From positions 1 through 64,000 of the forward strand of contig NW_013657658.1 of assembly GCF_000142905.1 (NCBI RefSeq): a stretch of 64,000 bases of DNA. The letters are read 5' to 3'. Position 1 is the first letter of the stretch; every line of letters starts with the position of its first letter. Made by a program: the position numbers and the translations under genes. The DNA is from Thecamonas trahens ATCC 50062 (Eukaryota; Protista; Apusomonadida). A model generated the notes under the pieces. The model was not told the origin of the DNA. It made no database searches and saw only the letters and a program-made list of their open reading frames with translations. Positions 18,616-28,501 of the stretch are shown here, piece after piece.

Positions 18616-21222
18616 ATGGGTGACGTGGTGGTAGACGCCCTCCCCCCGAGCACGGCTGCTGCCCAGGAGGTCCTGTTCCATGTCCGACGTGCTCTGTTTG
18701 AACCCGGCCTGTCGCCCGCTGCCACTGCTGTCTACCCCATCGGCGAGCTGAATCCGGTGGCGCTCCTGGCCGGCTTTGATGACCTCATACAGGCCTCCCC
18801 TGAGACCCTGGTCATAACTTCGGTCATTGATCTGGCTCGCATGGCTGCCGCCAACAGCTCCGTGGACGCCCTGGTGCGGAACGGCCTCACTCTCGCTCCG
18901 CCTGGCATGGTCTTCCCCGCTGGTCACACCCCGCCTGGCGCTGAAGAGCTGCTTGTCTGCCACGTCGCTGTCGGCAGGGCCTTTGCTCTCGACATCGCCG
19001 CTTGGGATCCGCGAAACATGCCGCCGCTCCCGCCGGGCTTTGACTCGTGGGCTCTACTGGAGCAGGTTGCCGATCCGGCCACCGGCGCCCTCGTCTGGGC
19101 TCCGCCGCAGTACCTTGTGCCATCGGCAGACCGCGTTGCTGTCCGCTACTACGTCCGAATCAACCGCAACGCCCGTGTGAGTCCGCCGCTTGTCCGCGCG
19201 TCCGATGCCTCGCTCGTTGCCGCTTGCCCCGATCATCCCGACCAGCCGCTCTCCTACTGGTGTGCCACCTGCGAGGCCGCTGTCTGTATTCACGACAAGA
19301 TGATGGGCTCGCACGCGCTCGGCCCGGCTGCCCAGCACCCGCTTGTCCCGCTCTCGACCATCCTCGCCACCACCCACGATCAGATCCGCGCCGGCCCGCG
19401 CGCCCACCCGGACGTTGCCGCCCGCGCCGCCGCCCTCGATGCCAACCTCGCCAACCTCGACGCCGCCCGCGCCGCCGTCCGCGACCAGGCCGACCGTGCC
19501 GCTACTGCCCTCCGCGCCAAATACGATGCCGCCCTTGCCTCGCTCGAGTCGATCACCGCCTTTCACAACGACGTCCTCCGCGCCGACGAGGTCGAGCTCC
19601 GTCGCCAGGCCCAGCTCATTGCCAGTGTCGAGGCTGTCGAACAGGCCTCGCTCGCTGCTCTTGACCCGGCCTCGCTTGTTGCCTCGGTCACCGCGTCGCG
19701 CGCCGCTCTGGTCCATGCCCTCGCTGCTGCTCCGCTCCGCGACGCCAAGTGGAACCCGAGCCTCGCCGTCCGCGGCGAGCTCACCGTCACTTCTGGCATT
19801 CCTCCCGTCCCGCCGCACAATCCGCCGGCCAACCACCCGCCGCCCGAGTCGCCGCTGACCCATGGCAGACCGCCGGCCGGTGCTCCCATCGCCGCTGACC
19901 TGCTGTGGCGCAAGGTGGTGACCACCCCGCAGGGCGCGTTCCGCCCCGCCAAACCTGCCCGGCCAGCCTCGCCGCCTCGGGAGTCGCTCCCCTGCGAGTC
20001 CGACGAGCGTCCAGCCTCGCCGCCTGCTCGCGCCTCCCGCGCCTCCCGCGCCTCCCGCTCGCTGTCCAAGTCCCGAATCCGCCGTCGGCACTCGGAGTAC
20101 GGACACAAGTCGCCTGGGGCCCCTGGCGTGAACAAGTCCAAGCAACGCCTCTACCGCCGCCGCGGCGCACGCCGCCTTGTCCGGCTCATAATGCAGGACG
20201 AGTTTGCACTCGCCCTAGCGCTGGGCCAGGTTCTCGCCGGCGAGTCCCGGCCCGGCCCATCGGGAGCTAGCCCTGCCACCGCCGCTGCCGCCGTCTTTGC
20301 CTCGCTCCGGGAGACTGCGTACAACCTTGTCCAGCTGGCGTGCGCTGAGGGCGCTGGCCTCCGGCTGGTCCTCGCCGGCGTCCGAGCTCAGCTCGACTCG
20401 GGCCTCGCCGCCTCCGCCGCCGCCCGCGTCGATGCCGACCTTGTCGCCTCGCTCTTCAACGGCTCGTCTCTCGCATCGCACGTCATGGTCGCGTACGCCC
20501 AGGTCGTGGGCCTCGGCTTTGTGCAATCAGTCCTCGCGCCAGTTTTTGCCGCTCTCGCCCGCCCTCTCCCGCACTCCGCGCCTCACCGCCTCCGCACTCT
20601 TGCCGACACCGTCATTGCCGCGCTGCTCGCATCAGATGCCGTCCTTCCGCTGCAGTTTGGCGCTCTCATCGGCGAGCTCTACCGCGCCACCGCTGGTGAC
20701 GGCGCTCCCGACGCTGGCGTCAAGGCTGTCGGTTCGTTCATTGTTCTCCGCGTCTTCTGTCCGGCCATCGCCAAGCCGGAGCTCTACGGTCTCGGCCCCG
20801 TGCAGGGCGTCGAGGCCGACGAGCTCCTCGCCGTCTCTACAATCCTCCAGCACCTAGTCTCTGGCATCGCATTTGCCGCCGACTCGCCGCACGCCGCTCT
20901 CAACGACTTTCTCCGCGCCACCTACCCTGCGCTCCGGGCCTGGCTTGAAGAGCTCGGCCGCGCCAACGCCGATCCCGGCGCCGCCTCGCGCGGAACCGAG
21001 TATCACACCCCGCGCATCGACGCCCGAGAGCTCGAGAGCTCGATGCTCGCCCTCGCCCACTGCCTCCGCCACCACGCCTCTCACCTCCCGCCTCAACTCA
21101 CCTCCATCCGCCTTCAGCCTGGCGAGCCGCAACCCAAGCCGCAGTCGGGCGCCGATCCGAATGCCGATCCGCTCAGCCTAGACGTCATCCTCACTACCAT
21201 TCTTGCCGCCGGCACCAGATGA
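18616..21222 (+). CDS. PARP-like domain + B-box + coiled coil + RasGAP-like domain protein
   Basis: LLVCHVAVGR..GFDS..YLV-S-DRV---YYV (ADP-ribosyltransferase-like fold), CPDH..YWCATC..VC..GSH..H (B-box), helical segment, LFNGSSLAS..VGSFIVLRVFCPAI-KP..ILQHL (RasGAP). Confidence 0.8.
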   Translation: MGDVVVDALPPSTAAAQEVLFHVRRALFEPGLSPAATAVYPIGELNPVALLAGFDDLIQASPETLVITSVIDLARMAAANSSVDALVRNGLTLAPPGMVFPAGHTPPGAEELLVCHVAVGRAFALDIAAWDPRNMPPLPPGFDSWALLEQVADPATGALVWAPPQYLVPSADRVAVRYYVRINRNARVSPPLVRASDASLVAACPDHPDQPLSYWCATCEAAVCIHDKMMGSHALGPAAQHPLVPLSTILATTHDQIRAGPRAHPDVAARAAALDANLANLDAARAAVRDQADRAATALRAKYDAALASLESITAFHNDVLRADEVELRRQAQLIASVEAVEQASLAALDPASLVASVTASRAALVHALAAAPLRDAKWNPSLAVRGELTVTSGIPPVPPHNPPANHPPPESPLTHGRPPAGAPIAADLLWRKVVTTPQGAFRPAKPARPASPPRESLPCESDERPASPPARASRASRASRSLSKSRIRRRHSEYGHKSPGAPGVNKSKQRLYRRRGARRLVRLIMQDEFALALALGQVLAGESRPGPSGASPATAAAAVFASLRETAYNLVQLACAEGAGLRLVLAGVRAQLDSGLAASAAARVDADLVASLFNGSSLASHVMVAYAQVVGLGFVQSVLAPVFAALARPLPHSAPHRLRTLADTVIAALLASDAVLPLQFGALIGELYRATAGDGAPDAGVKAVGSFIVLRVFCPAIAKPELYGLGPVQGVEADELLAVSTILQHLVSGIAFAADSPHAALNDFLRATYPALRAWLEELGRANADPGAASRGTEYHTPRIDARELESSMLALAHCLRHHASHLPPQLTSIRLQPGEPQPKPQSGADPNADPLSLDVILTTILAAGTR

Positions 21223-21236
21223 CTGCCGCCTGCCTT

Positions 21237-21880
21237 TTAGCGACGAGCAATGAGCTCAACGACGTGTCGTCCGAGCGAGCCGTACGCCGGAATGCCGTGA
21301 ATCCCAGCGAGTGTCGGATGCGCCACTCCGCTCACGCACACCGCATACTTGGCTGACGACTCGAGCAGCCGCCGGCACATGGCAAAGGTCAGCTCGTGGT
21401 CCTCGCTGCCAAACATGCCGGTAAAGCCAAAGGCGACGTAGCTGCCAAGAAGGCTGCCCGGCACAAACTTCACCGCCGTCCATCGCTCCCTCGCCGTCAC
21501 CGCCCACAGCCTGCGATCGGTGGTAATGCGTCCAACGACGCCAAATCCTCGGCCATGCACGCAACCACGGCGCGGATCCAAGCGGCTTCTCCCGCCGACA
21601 GCCTCGTGTCATCGGCGTCAAGACTAAACAGCCATGCATCTTCCCCGCCGACAGTCCACCCCATGTACGCCGATCCGAAGCTGCTTGCGCCATCAAAGAC
21701 GAGCAGAACAAGCCGCTGATCCCCCACGGCGCCGCGTCCGGGCCGTCGCCCGTAACTCACCTGCGACACGCCCGTCGGCACGCCCACCTCGACATGAGCG
21801 ACCTCGCCAGTCCGGACCACCACCACCAGCGGCAACAAAGGCAAATCCAACCCCGCTGGCATGTGTACGACAATGCCCAT
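21237..21880 (-). CDS. Hypothetical protein, spliced (introns ~21716-21760 and ~21511-21560)
   Basis: GTGAGT..TCAG (45 nt) and GTGCAT..TCGCAG (50 nt) introns join the 21497-21880 and 21237-21581 ORFs. No family recognised. Confidence 0.45.
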
Positions 21881-21995
21881 GGCAACGCCTGTGTACCTTT
21901 ACACCCGCCGCAGACCAGGCCGCCGACAGGCGCGTGGCGAGGCGCGTGTCGGCCGCCGCCCGCCGACCAACCCGCCACCCGCACGCTCCGGAACG

Positions 21996-23476
21996 CTACA
22001 CGTTTTCGGTGATGACAACGGCCGTGCCGACAACCAACATGACGCAACCCCAAAGGCCGAGGGCAGTTGCGGCGTGCTTCCGCCACACCGGATCGGTGGC
22101 TGGCCGGAGGCCGAGGTAGAAGGCGGCCGGCAAGATGTAGACGAGGATGGAGACAATGACGGCGCCGGCAAACGAGAGAACAACCTCGACGTTGGGGATG
22201 AGGACGCCGAGAAAGGCGGTCGTGCCCAGCAAGCCGATGGTGATGGAGGCGTGGATGGGCCAGGCCATGGCCTCGACAAGCGGCGGCTTGGTGACGGCGA
22301 GCGCTTCGCGCGGAGTGGTGACGAGGTAGTGCAGGTGGACAATGTTTTCGCGCATCGGATGGACAAAGAGCGGCGAGGAGAACATGAGCGTGATGGCGAG
22401 GCCGAGCTTGGCCACGCCGACGTATGGGTTGTCCTCGTCGACAAAGTTGTTGAACACGTTGCCATCGACCGAGAGGCCAAAGGTGATGTAGCCAAAGATG
22501 CCGACGGTGAGGTAGACGACAGCACAGGTGATGAGCGCGAGCCAGGCTACAAACATCATCCGCCGCCCGGTCGGCTTGCGCATCTCCTCGTACACTGTCG
22601 GGACCTGGACGTGCGAGGCAAAGGCAAAGCCGATGATGGGCAGCGCCACAAAGATCTGTGGCGAGATGTTAAAGTACGCCAGCCGCCGCCCGTGAGACAA
22701 GTCGACTGCGTTGATGTTCCCGCGCTCCGAGTCGTCCCATCCGTGCGTGATGGCATGCGCCACCACCATGCCTGTGAGATACAGCATGCACGCCACTGCC
22801 ACCAGCGAGGTGTGCGCGAGGAACGAGATCCGCCGCAGCAGCGAGAGCGGGATCATGACCGCCCGTTGAGAATGACCGCCACGCCGACCCGGGTAAACGC
22901 CCAGTTGCTCGTGTTGAACCACTCCTCCAACACGGCAGGCACCAAGTCGCCGATGATGATCTGGTAGGCGAGGAGTGCCGAGAAGCAGTGCAGGACAATA
23001 AAGACGTCCACTGCTGCGCACAGCCGCGGGCCAAACACCGCATTGGCCAGGGCCTGATACGAGAACGGGCGCTTGCCGAGCAAGTCGGTCGCCCAGACAA
23101 TAAACTGGATGCCCAACGCTGCCAGTGCCAAGTTCAGCATCATCAGCATCGGGCCGAGGATGAGCCCGGTCAACGAGAGCGCAAACGGGATCGACAACGT
23201 CCCTGCTCCGAGCGTCACGTTGCCGAGATTGAACCACGAGCCCAAGATCCCTGCACTCCCTACTTGCCCGTCCACAACCTCGACGCCATCGCCCATCTCC
23301 AGCAACGAGCTCGTCTCTGTCTGCCCGCCCAATCTCTTCCCGCCGAGCCTGCCCTCCTGCCCACGCCCGCCACGACCGCCACGACCGCCACGACCGTCAC
23401 CCTCGCCACCCCCGCCAACCCTCCCGCTGCTGCCGTCTCCGCCGCCGCCTCGCCTCCCGTCACCTTTTGCTCCCAT
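21996..23476 (-). CDS. Amino-acid transporter (AAAP/SLC38, AVT6-like) with a -1 frame break at ~22863
   Basis: SWFNLGNVTLGAGTLSIPFA, SYQALA---FG, IIIGDL, PLSLLRRIS-L, ALPIIGFAF--H, GIFGYITFG---GNV, PLFVHPMRE, YILPA. Confidence 0.92.
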
Positions 23477-23518
23477 TGCCAGCCTGTGCTCTTGCTCGTG
23501 GCTCCTGAGCCAAGAGTG

Positions 23519-23570
23519 CCTCGCCCTCGCCCTCGCCCTCGCCCTCGCCCTCGCCCTCGCCCTCGCCCTC
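23519..23570. repeat. (GCCCTC)n hexanucleotide microsatellite
   Basis: About 8 copies just upstream of the transporter start codon. Confidence 0.9.
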
Positions 23571-24080
23571 GCGCAGGTCGGTCTCATCGGCCGGAGTCCT
23601 CTGCAAGCATATGACTTCCACCTTGCCCTTCCCGCACACACATGCCGAACCATGTACCGTGATTATGAAGACACGCACACACGCACACATACAACACACA
23701 CGTACACATACAACACACCCACACACGCACACACGCACACACGCACACATACAACACACACAACACACACACACACAGCGCAACACCACAACGACACATC
23801 CCTACCTCCTCAAGCAAGTCTCCCCAGACGCCAACTCATGCCCCCCCCCCCCCCCCCCCACTCACCCAACACAAAATTTTACACCCCCCATGTCAATGGT
23901 ATCCCGCGGCGTTGTTCCTTGGCCGCTTTTCGCCCCAACTCGCTCCGCAATTCGCAAACTGTTCGTTCGTCCGTTCAATCGTTCGTGCGTTACAGCCATC
24001 AACCGCAGAGAGGCTCGCGCGGTAGGGAAGGGGGAGGGGAAGGGAAGGTGGAGGCGGGAGACGGTAGCACCTCTCGACGG

Positions 24081-26284
24081 ATGGCAAAGGGTAAAGGGCC
24101 AAGGGTACCCCACTGGCCACGGGTGCTGTAGTGGGTGGAGGTGCAAGTAATCAAGGTAGCGGCCGTGGTGGAGGTCATGCCAGTGGTCATGCTTCGCCAA
24201 CCGGTGGCGGTGGCGGTGGCGGTGGCGGTGGCGGTCCAAGCACTCCGTCTCAACCGCCGTCGCGCTCACCCGCAACAGCCTCGGTCCCTCATACCAATGC
24301 CACACCTGGTACTTCCAATTCTGGTCCTGCTCGAGCAGACGAACGTCACTCTGTCGGTGCCTCGCGTCGAGCTGCTGCTGACTCGCCTGCGGCCCAGCGT
24401 CGCCCGGCGGCTGCTCCAAGATACCCGGTTCATGGTCAGCTCTCGTCGGGCGAGTTGGTGGCAGTCAACAACGGCCAGGTCCCCGAGTTCCGCATCACCG
24501 GTGACGGCAGCTCGGAGCCTCCGTCGTCGTCCAAGTGGTGGGCTTGCTTCCCATGCTGCGGCGCGTCGTCGCCGCCGACCCGCCGCACTGACCGGCGCGT
24601 CGGCCCGGCCTCTACTGTCGCTGTGGCCCGGGTGCCGGTCACGCCGCGGTCGGCGGCGGCGGCGGCAGCAGCGGCGGCGACCCGGTCGGGTATGACGACC
24701 ACGCCGCGTGGCGAGTCAAGCATGCGGATGAGCTACGGGCCGGGCACGATGCTGGGCTCGTCTTTGGGCGCGCCGTCGGCAGGTGCCGAAGAGGCAGCGG
24801 CGGCGGCGGCGTACGCGCAGCAGCACGTCTCGCCACGGCGGTCGTCATCGATTCGCTTCTCCTCGCTCCGGCCGGTGCCCGAAGGCGCGACGCCGCCAGG
24901 CTTGCAGGCCGAGTCGCGTGTCCTCTCGCGCATCGGCTCGTCGCAGAACCTCATTTCGCCTCGCACGCTGACCAACGTGCGGCATGGCGCTGGGCTGGGC
25001 AAGCTCGATGAGGACGCGGCCTGGTACCAGGTCCGGTCGCCGGGTGGGACCAACACGCCCGGCTCCATCTCGCGCAAGTCGTCCTTCCGCGGAATCCTAG
25101 GCTCGGGCGGCGTCTCGCCACGGCGTGGCATTGTCTCCCGCGCGTCGTCCATGTACCTCCAATACGCCGCGTCTCGGACAGTGGACCCCTCGGTGGCGCG
25201 GCGGCTGACGTCGGGCTCCTTCTCTGACGACGATACCATGTCGTGCGTCGACGAGGTCTCGTTCCCGCGCGGCATGGCCCGCCAGTACATGTTTGTCTTC
25301 CAGGACGTCGATGATCGCGAGCTCGACGCCTCGCGCTTCAAGCTGGAGTGGGGCGAGTTTGAAGACTACGCCGTCAACTACGATGTCATGCTCGGTCAGG
25401 GCGCATACGGCGAAGTTTACAAGGCTACCCACAAGCCCACAGATTCAGAGTGCGTGGTCAAGACCATCAAGGTCGACAAAGAGTCGGTTCTCAAGCTCAA
25501 ACAGGAAATCATGATGCTCGAGCGGGTCAAGGGCGGGCCGTGCATTGTCGAGTACATGGGCCTTGTCCGCAACCCGGATGACGACACCAAGCTCATTGTC
25601 TTTGAGTTTGTGAACAACCCCAACTACAAGGAGTCTTTCCGCGACATGACCGACCTCGACGCCCGGTGGTACCTCTTCCGCGTCCTCAAGGGCCTCGACT
25701 ACGCACACTCGCTCGGCGTCATCCACCGCGACATCAAGGGCGGCAACATCTGCTACGACCCCATCACCAAGAAGCTCCGCATCATCGACTGGGGCTTTGG
25801 CGTCCACTACGTGCCATCGCGGCCGTTCACCTCGTGGCCCGGCACCCGTCCCTACAAGGCGCCCGAGCTCTTTCTCCACTACTCGTACTACGACTACTCG
25901 GTCGATGTCTGGGCCTTTGCTTGCCTCATGGGCTCTCTCATCTTCCGCCGCACCCTCTTCCGTTCCAAGGACAATCGCCATCAGATGGAGCTCATTGCCC
26001 GCGCCCTCGGCACAGCCTCGTACGAGCGCTACCTCGCCAAGTACGCCCGCCCGCCCTTTAAGCTCGTCGCCAAAAAGTATCGCCACCTCGGCGAGCCGCA
26101 CATGGGCCGTGGCGGCTTCCAGGTCTACGTCTCGTCCAAGACCCCTCTTGCCAACTTTGAGGCCCTCGATATCATCAACAAGGTCCTCGTGTGGGATCAC
26201 GAGAAGCGTCCCACTGCCTCGGAGCTCATACAACATGCCTACTTTGATCCTGTCCGTCATCGCGATGTCAACTCTTCACAATAA
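24081..26284 (+). CDS. Divergent casein kinase II alpha-like Ser/Thr kinase with a long disordered N-terminus
   Basis: LGQGAYGEVY, VVK, LIVFEFVNN, LDYAHS-GVIHRDIK--NI, LRIIDWG, YKAPEL..YDYSVDVW, WDHEKRPTA-E...YFDPVR. Probable micro-exon ATGGCAAAGG (24081-24090) followed by a 41-nt intron. Confidence 0.88.
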
Positions 26285-26515
26285 TAGTGTACCGCCCAGC
26301 CTCACACCCGATCACGTTCACCCGTCCCCCGAACCACGCGCCTCCCGAATCGCGCGCCCCCCAAGCCCTGGCCGCTGCCGGCTGGCTCGCCAAGCGTACA
26401 GGTCACACACCGCACACACACCACACACACCACACGCGCACACACACGCACACACACGCACACATACGCACACATACGCACACACCACCACACATCACAC
26501 GCACACATACACGCC

Positions 26516-28501
26516 ATGACCTCCCCCCTCCTCGCTGTCGCCCTCCTCTCCTTCTTCCTCGCCCTCACCACCGCCACCTTGCCCCTCTCCGCAACAACCC
26601 CGTTCCTCGCCCGGACCGCACCTCCGCCCGGATGGCGATGCTCGACGGAACCCTTTGATGGCCGACGCTCAATGACCCACATGCGGATCCGACTGGCGGC
26701 AAGGGTAGATGCTACAGAGGCGGCCGCAGTGCATGCTGCTGCCCTTCAGGTGGCGAGCCCCGGATCAGGCAAGTACGCCAAGTACTGGTCGACCGAGAAA
26801 GTCGTCGCTGCGTTGCCCTCGGCTATGGTGGCAGCAGAGGGCATCGTCTCGATTCTTGCCGAGACGCATGGCATTGCTGCTCGTGTTGCGCCCGATGGTG
26901 CGTCCGTCGTCCTCGAGTCGATCCCCATTTCCCTCGTCGAGGAGATCTTCAGTGGCATGGTTGTCCACGCGTGCTCGCCTACCAAGCCGCTCCATGCAGA
27001 TGTGATCGTTGCTGCTGCACTCGGTACCGCTCACCTCGCACCGGCTCTCGCTCGCCATCTTGCCTTTGCCACGGGCGTGTCGGACTTTCCACCGCCGTCC
27101 GTGCTGGAGCGGATGGCGGCTCGCGCCGGCCCGCTTAGCCCGCCATCGCCAGGGCCATGCAAGGCCAGCCAGCAGCAGTCGAACAACCTCGTCATTCCGT
27201 CAGTGGTTCGCGAGCTTGTTGGCATCCCGCGCGGCAAGAGAGTTGCGTCTCAGCTCGCCACCCAGGCCGCCATCGAGTTTGGCCTGGTCATCCCGCACGA
27301 GACCGGCCAGGAGGGTGGCGGCGGCGGCGGGTTCCTCTTCTCAGACCTCGCCGCGTTTGCCGAGCTGGCCTCCGTCGACGCTCCGCACCAGTTCAACGTC
27401 TCACGTATCATCGGGCCGTTTGCGCAGCACAACTACACCGGCAACGCCGAGAGCGTGCTCGATGTGACGACGCTACTTGGCGTCGCGCCGGGTGCGCCCA
27501 CCACCTACGCCACTTACCTCGGCTGGATGTATGAGTTCCTCACCGACACCATCGGCGACCCGGAGCGCGCGCTTGTCCACTCGATCTCGTACGGCACTCC
27601 CGAGTACCTGCAGTGCAACAAGACCCAGAACGGCGAGCCGTTCCACGTCTGCGCCTTTCTCGGCGTCGATGCCCGTGGCTACATCGAGCGGTGCGACCTC
27701 GAGTTTGCCCGCACCGCCCTCCTCGGCCTCACTATCGTAGCCTCATCCGGTGACAACGGCGCGCCCGGCGAGCTCTCGCGCGAATGCGAGCTCGACAACA
27801 CCATCCACCCGCTCCACACCGTCTTTCCGGCCGCGTCGCAGTACACGACAGCGGTCGGCGGTGTGGTGCTGGTCGAGGCCGCGCCCGGCCCGCCACCCGG
27901 TGCTCCGCAGCCGCCGATCTGCACTATGGCTCATCCAGGCCCGCCGCTGCCTGGCCCGCCGGCCTGTGGCGGCCCGCCGTACGCGCTCACAACCTCGATG
28001 TGTTCCAACGGCGGCATCACTACTGGCGGCGGCTTTGCCAACTACTCTGTGCTTCCCGAGTGGCAGGCGCCTACCGTCCGTGGCTACCTTGACTCCTCGC
28101 CGCGGCTTCCGCCGGCCACCGCCTTTCACGCCAACCACCGCGCCTTCCCCGACGTCGCCCTGCTTGCCTCCAACATCCTCATCATTCTCAACGGCGAGGC
28201 CCCGGTCGGTGCCGGCACCTCGGCGTCGGCCCCGCAAATGGCGGCCCTTCTCACCCACGTCAACGGCGAGCTGCTCGCTAGCGGCCTCCCGCCCGTCGGC
28301 TGGATCAACCCGCTCCTGTACACCCTCCCGCCATCGGCCTTTATCGACATCACCACGGGCTCGAACGAGTGCACCGAGGCCGCGTGCTGCAAGTACGGCT
28401 ACGGTGCCGCGTCTGGCTTTGACGCTGTCACCGGCCGCGGCGTTCCCCTCTTCGAGGGTCTCCTTGCCGGCCTTGCCGCCGCTCACGGCACCGCACTCTA
28501 G
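26516..28501 (+). CDS. Sedolisin / tripeptidyl-peptidase I family (peptidase S53) preproenzyme
   Basis: Signal peptide, pro-domain P-S-KY-KYWS, catalytic ESVLD, SISYG, SSGDNG, GGGF, RAFPDVA, GTSASAP, GWINPLLY, DIT-G-N, GFDAVTG-G. Confidence 0.95.
   Translation: MTSPLLAVALLSFFLALTTATLPLSATTPFLARTAPPPGWRCSTEPFDGRRSMTHMRIRLAARVDATEAAAVHAAALQVASPGSGKYAKYWSTEKVVAALPSAMVAAEGIVSILAETHGIAARVAPDGASVVLESIPISLVEEIFSGMVVHACSPTKPLHADVIVAAALGTAHLAPALARHLAFATGVSDFPPPSVLERMAARAGPLSPPSPGPCKASQQQSNNLVIPSVVRELVGIPRGKRVASQLATQAAIEFGLVIPHETGQEGGGGGGFLFSDLAAFAELASVDAPHQFNVSRIIGPFAQHNYTGNAESVLDVTTLLGVAPGAPTTYATYLGWMYEFLTDTIGDPERALVHSISYGTPEYLQCNKTQNGEPFHVCAFLGVDARGYIERCDLEFARTALLGLTIVASSGDNGAPGELSRECELDNTIHPLHTVFPAASQYTTAVGGVVLVEAAPGPPPGAPQPPICTMAHPGPPLPGPPACGGPPYALTTSMCSNGGITTGGGFANYSVLPEWQAPTVRGYLDSSPRLPPATAFHANHRAFPDVALLASNILIILNGEAPVGAGTSASAPQMAALLTHVNGELLASGLPPVGWINPLLYTLPPSAFIDITTGSNECTEAACCKYGYGAASGFDAVTGRGVPLFEGLLAGLAAAHGTAL

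Noticed and set aside
21497-21581. Apparent -1 frameshift in the hypothetical gene
   Set aside because: Explained by a 50-nt GTGCAT...TCGCAG intron.
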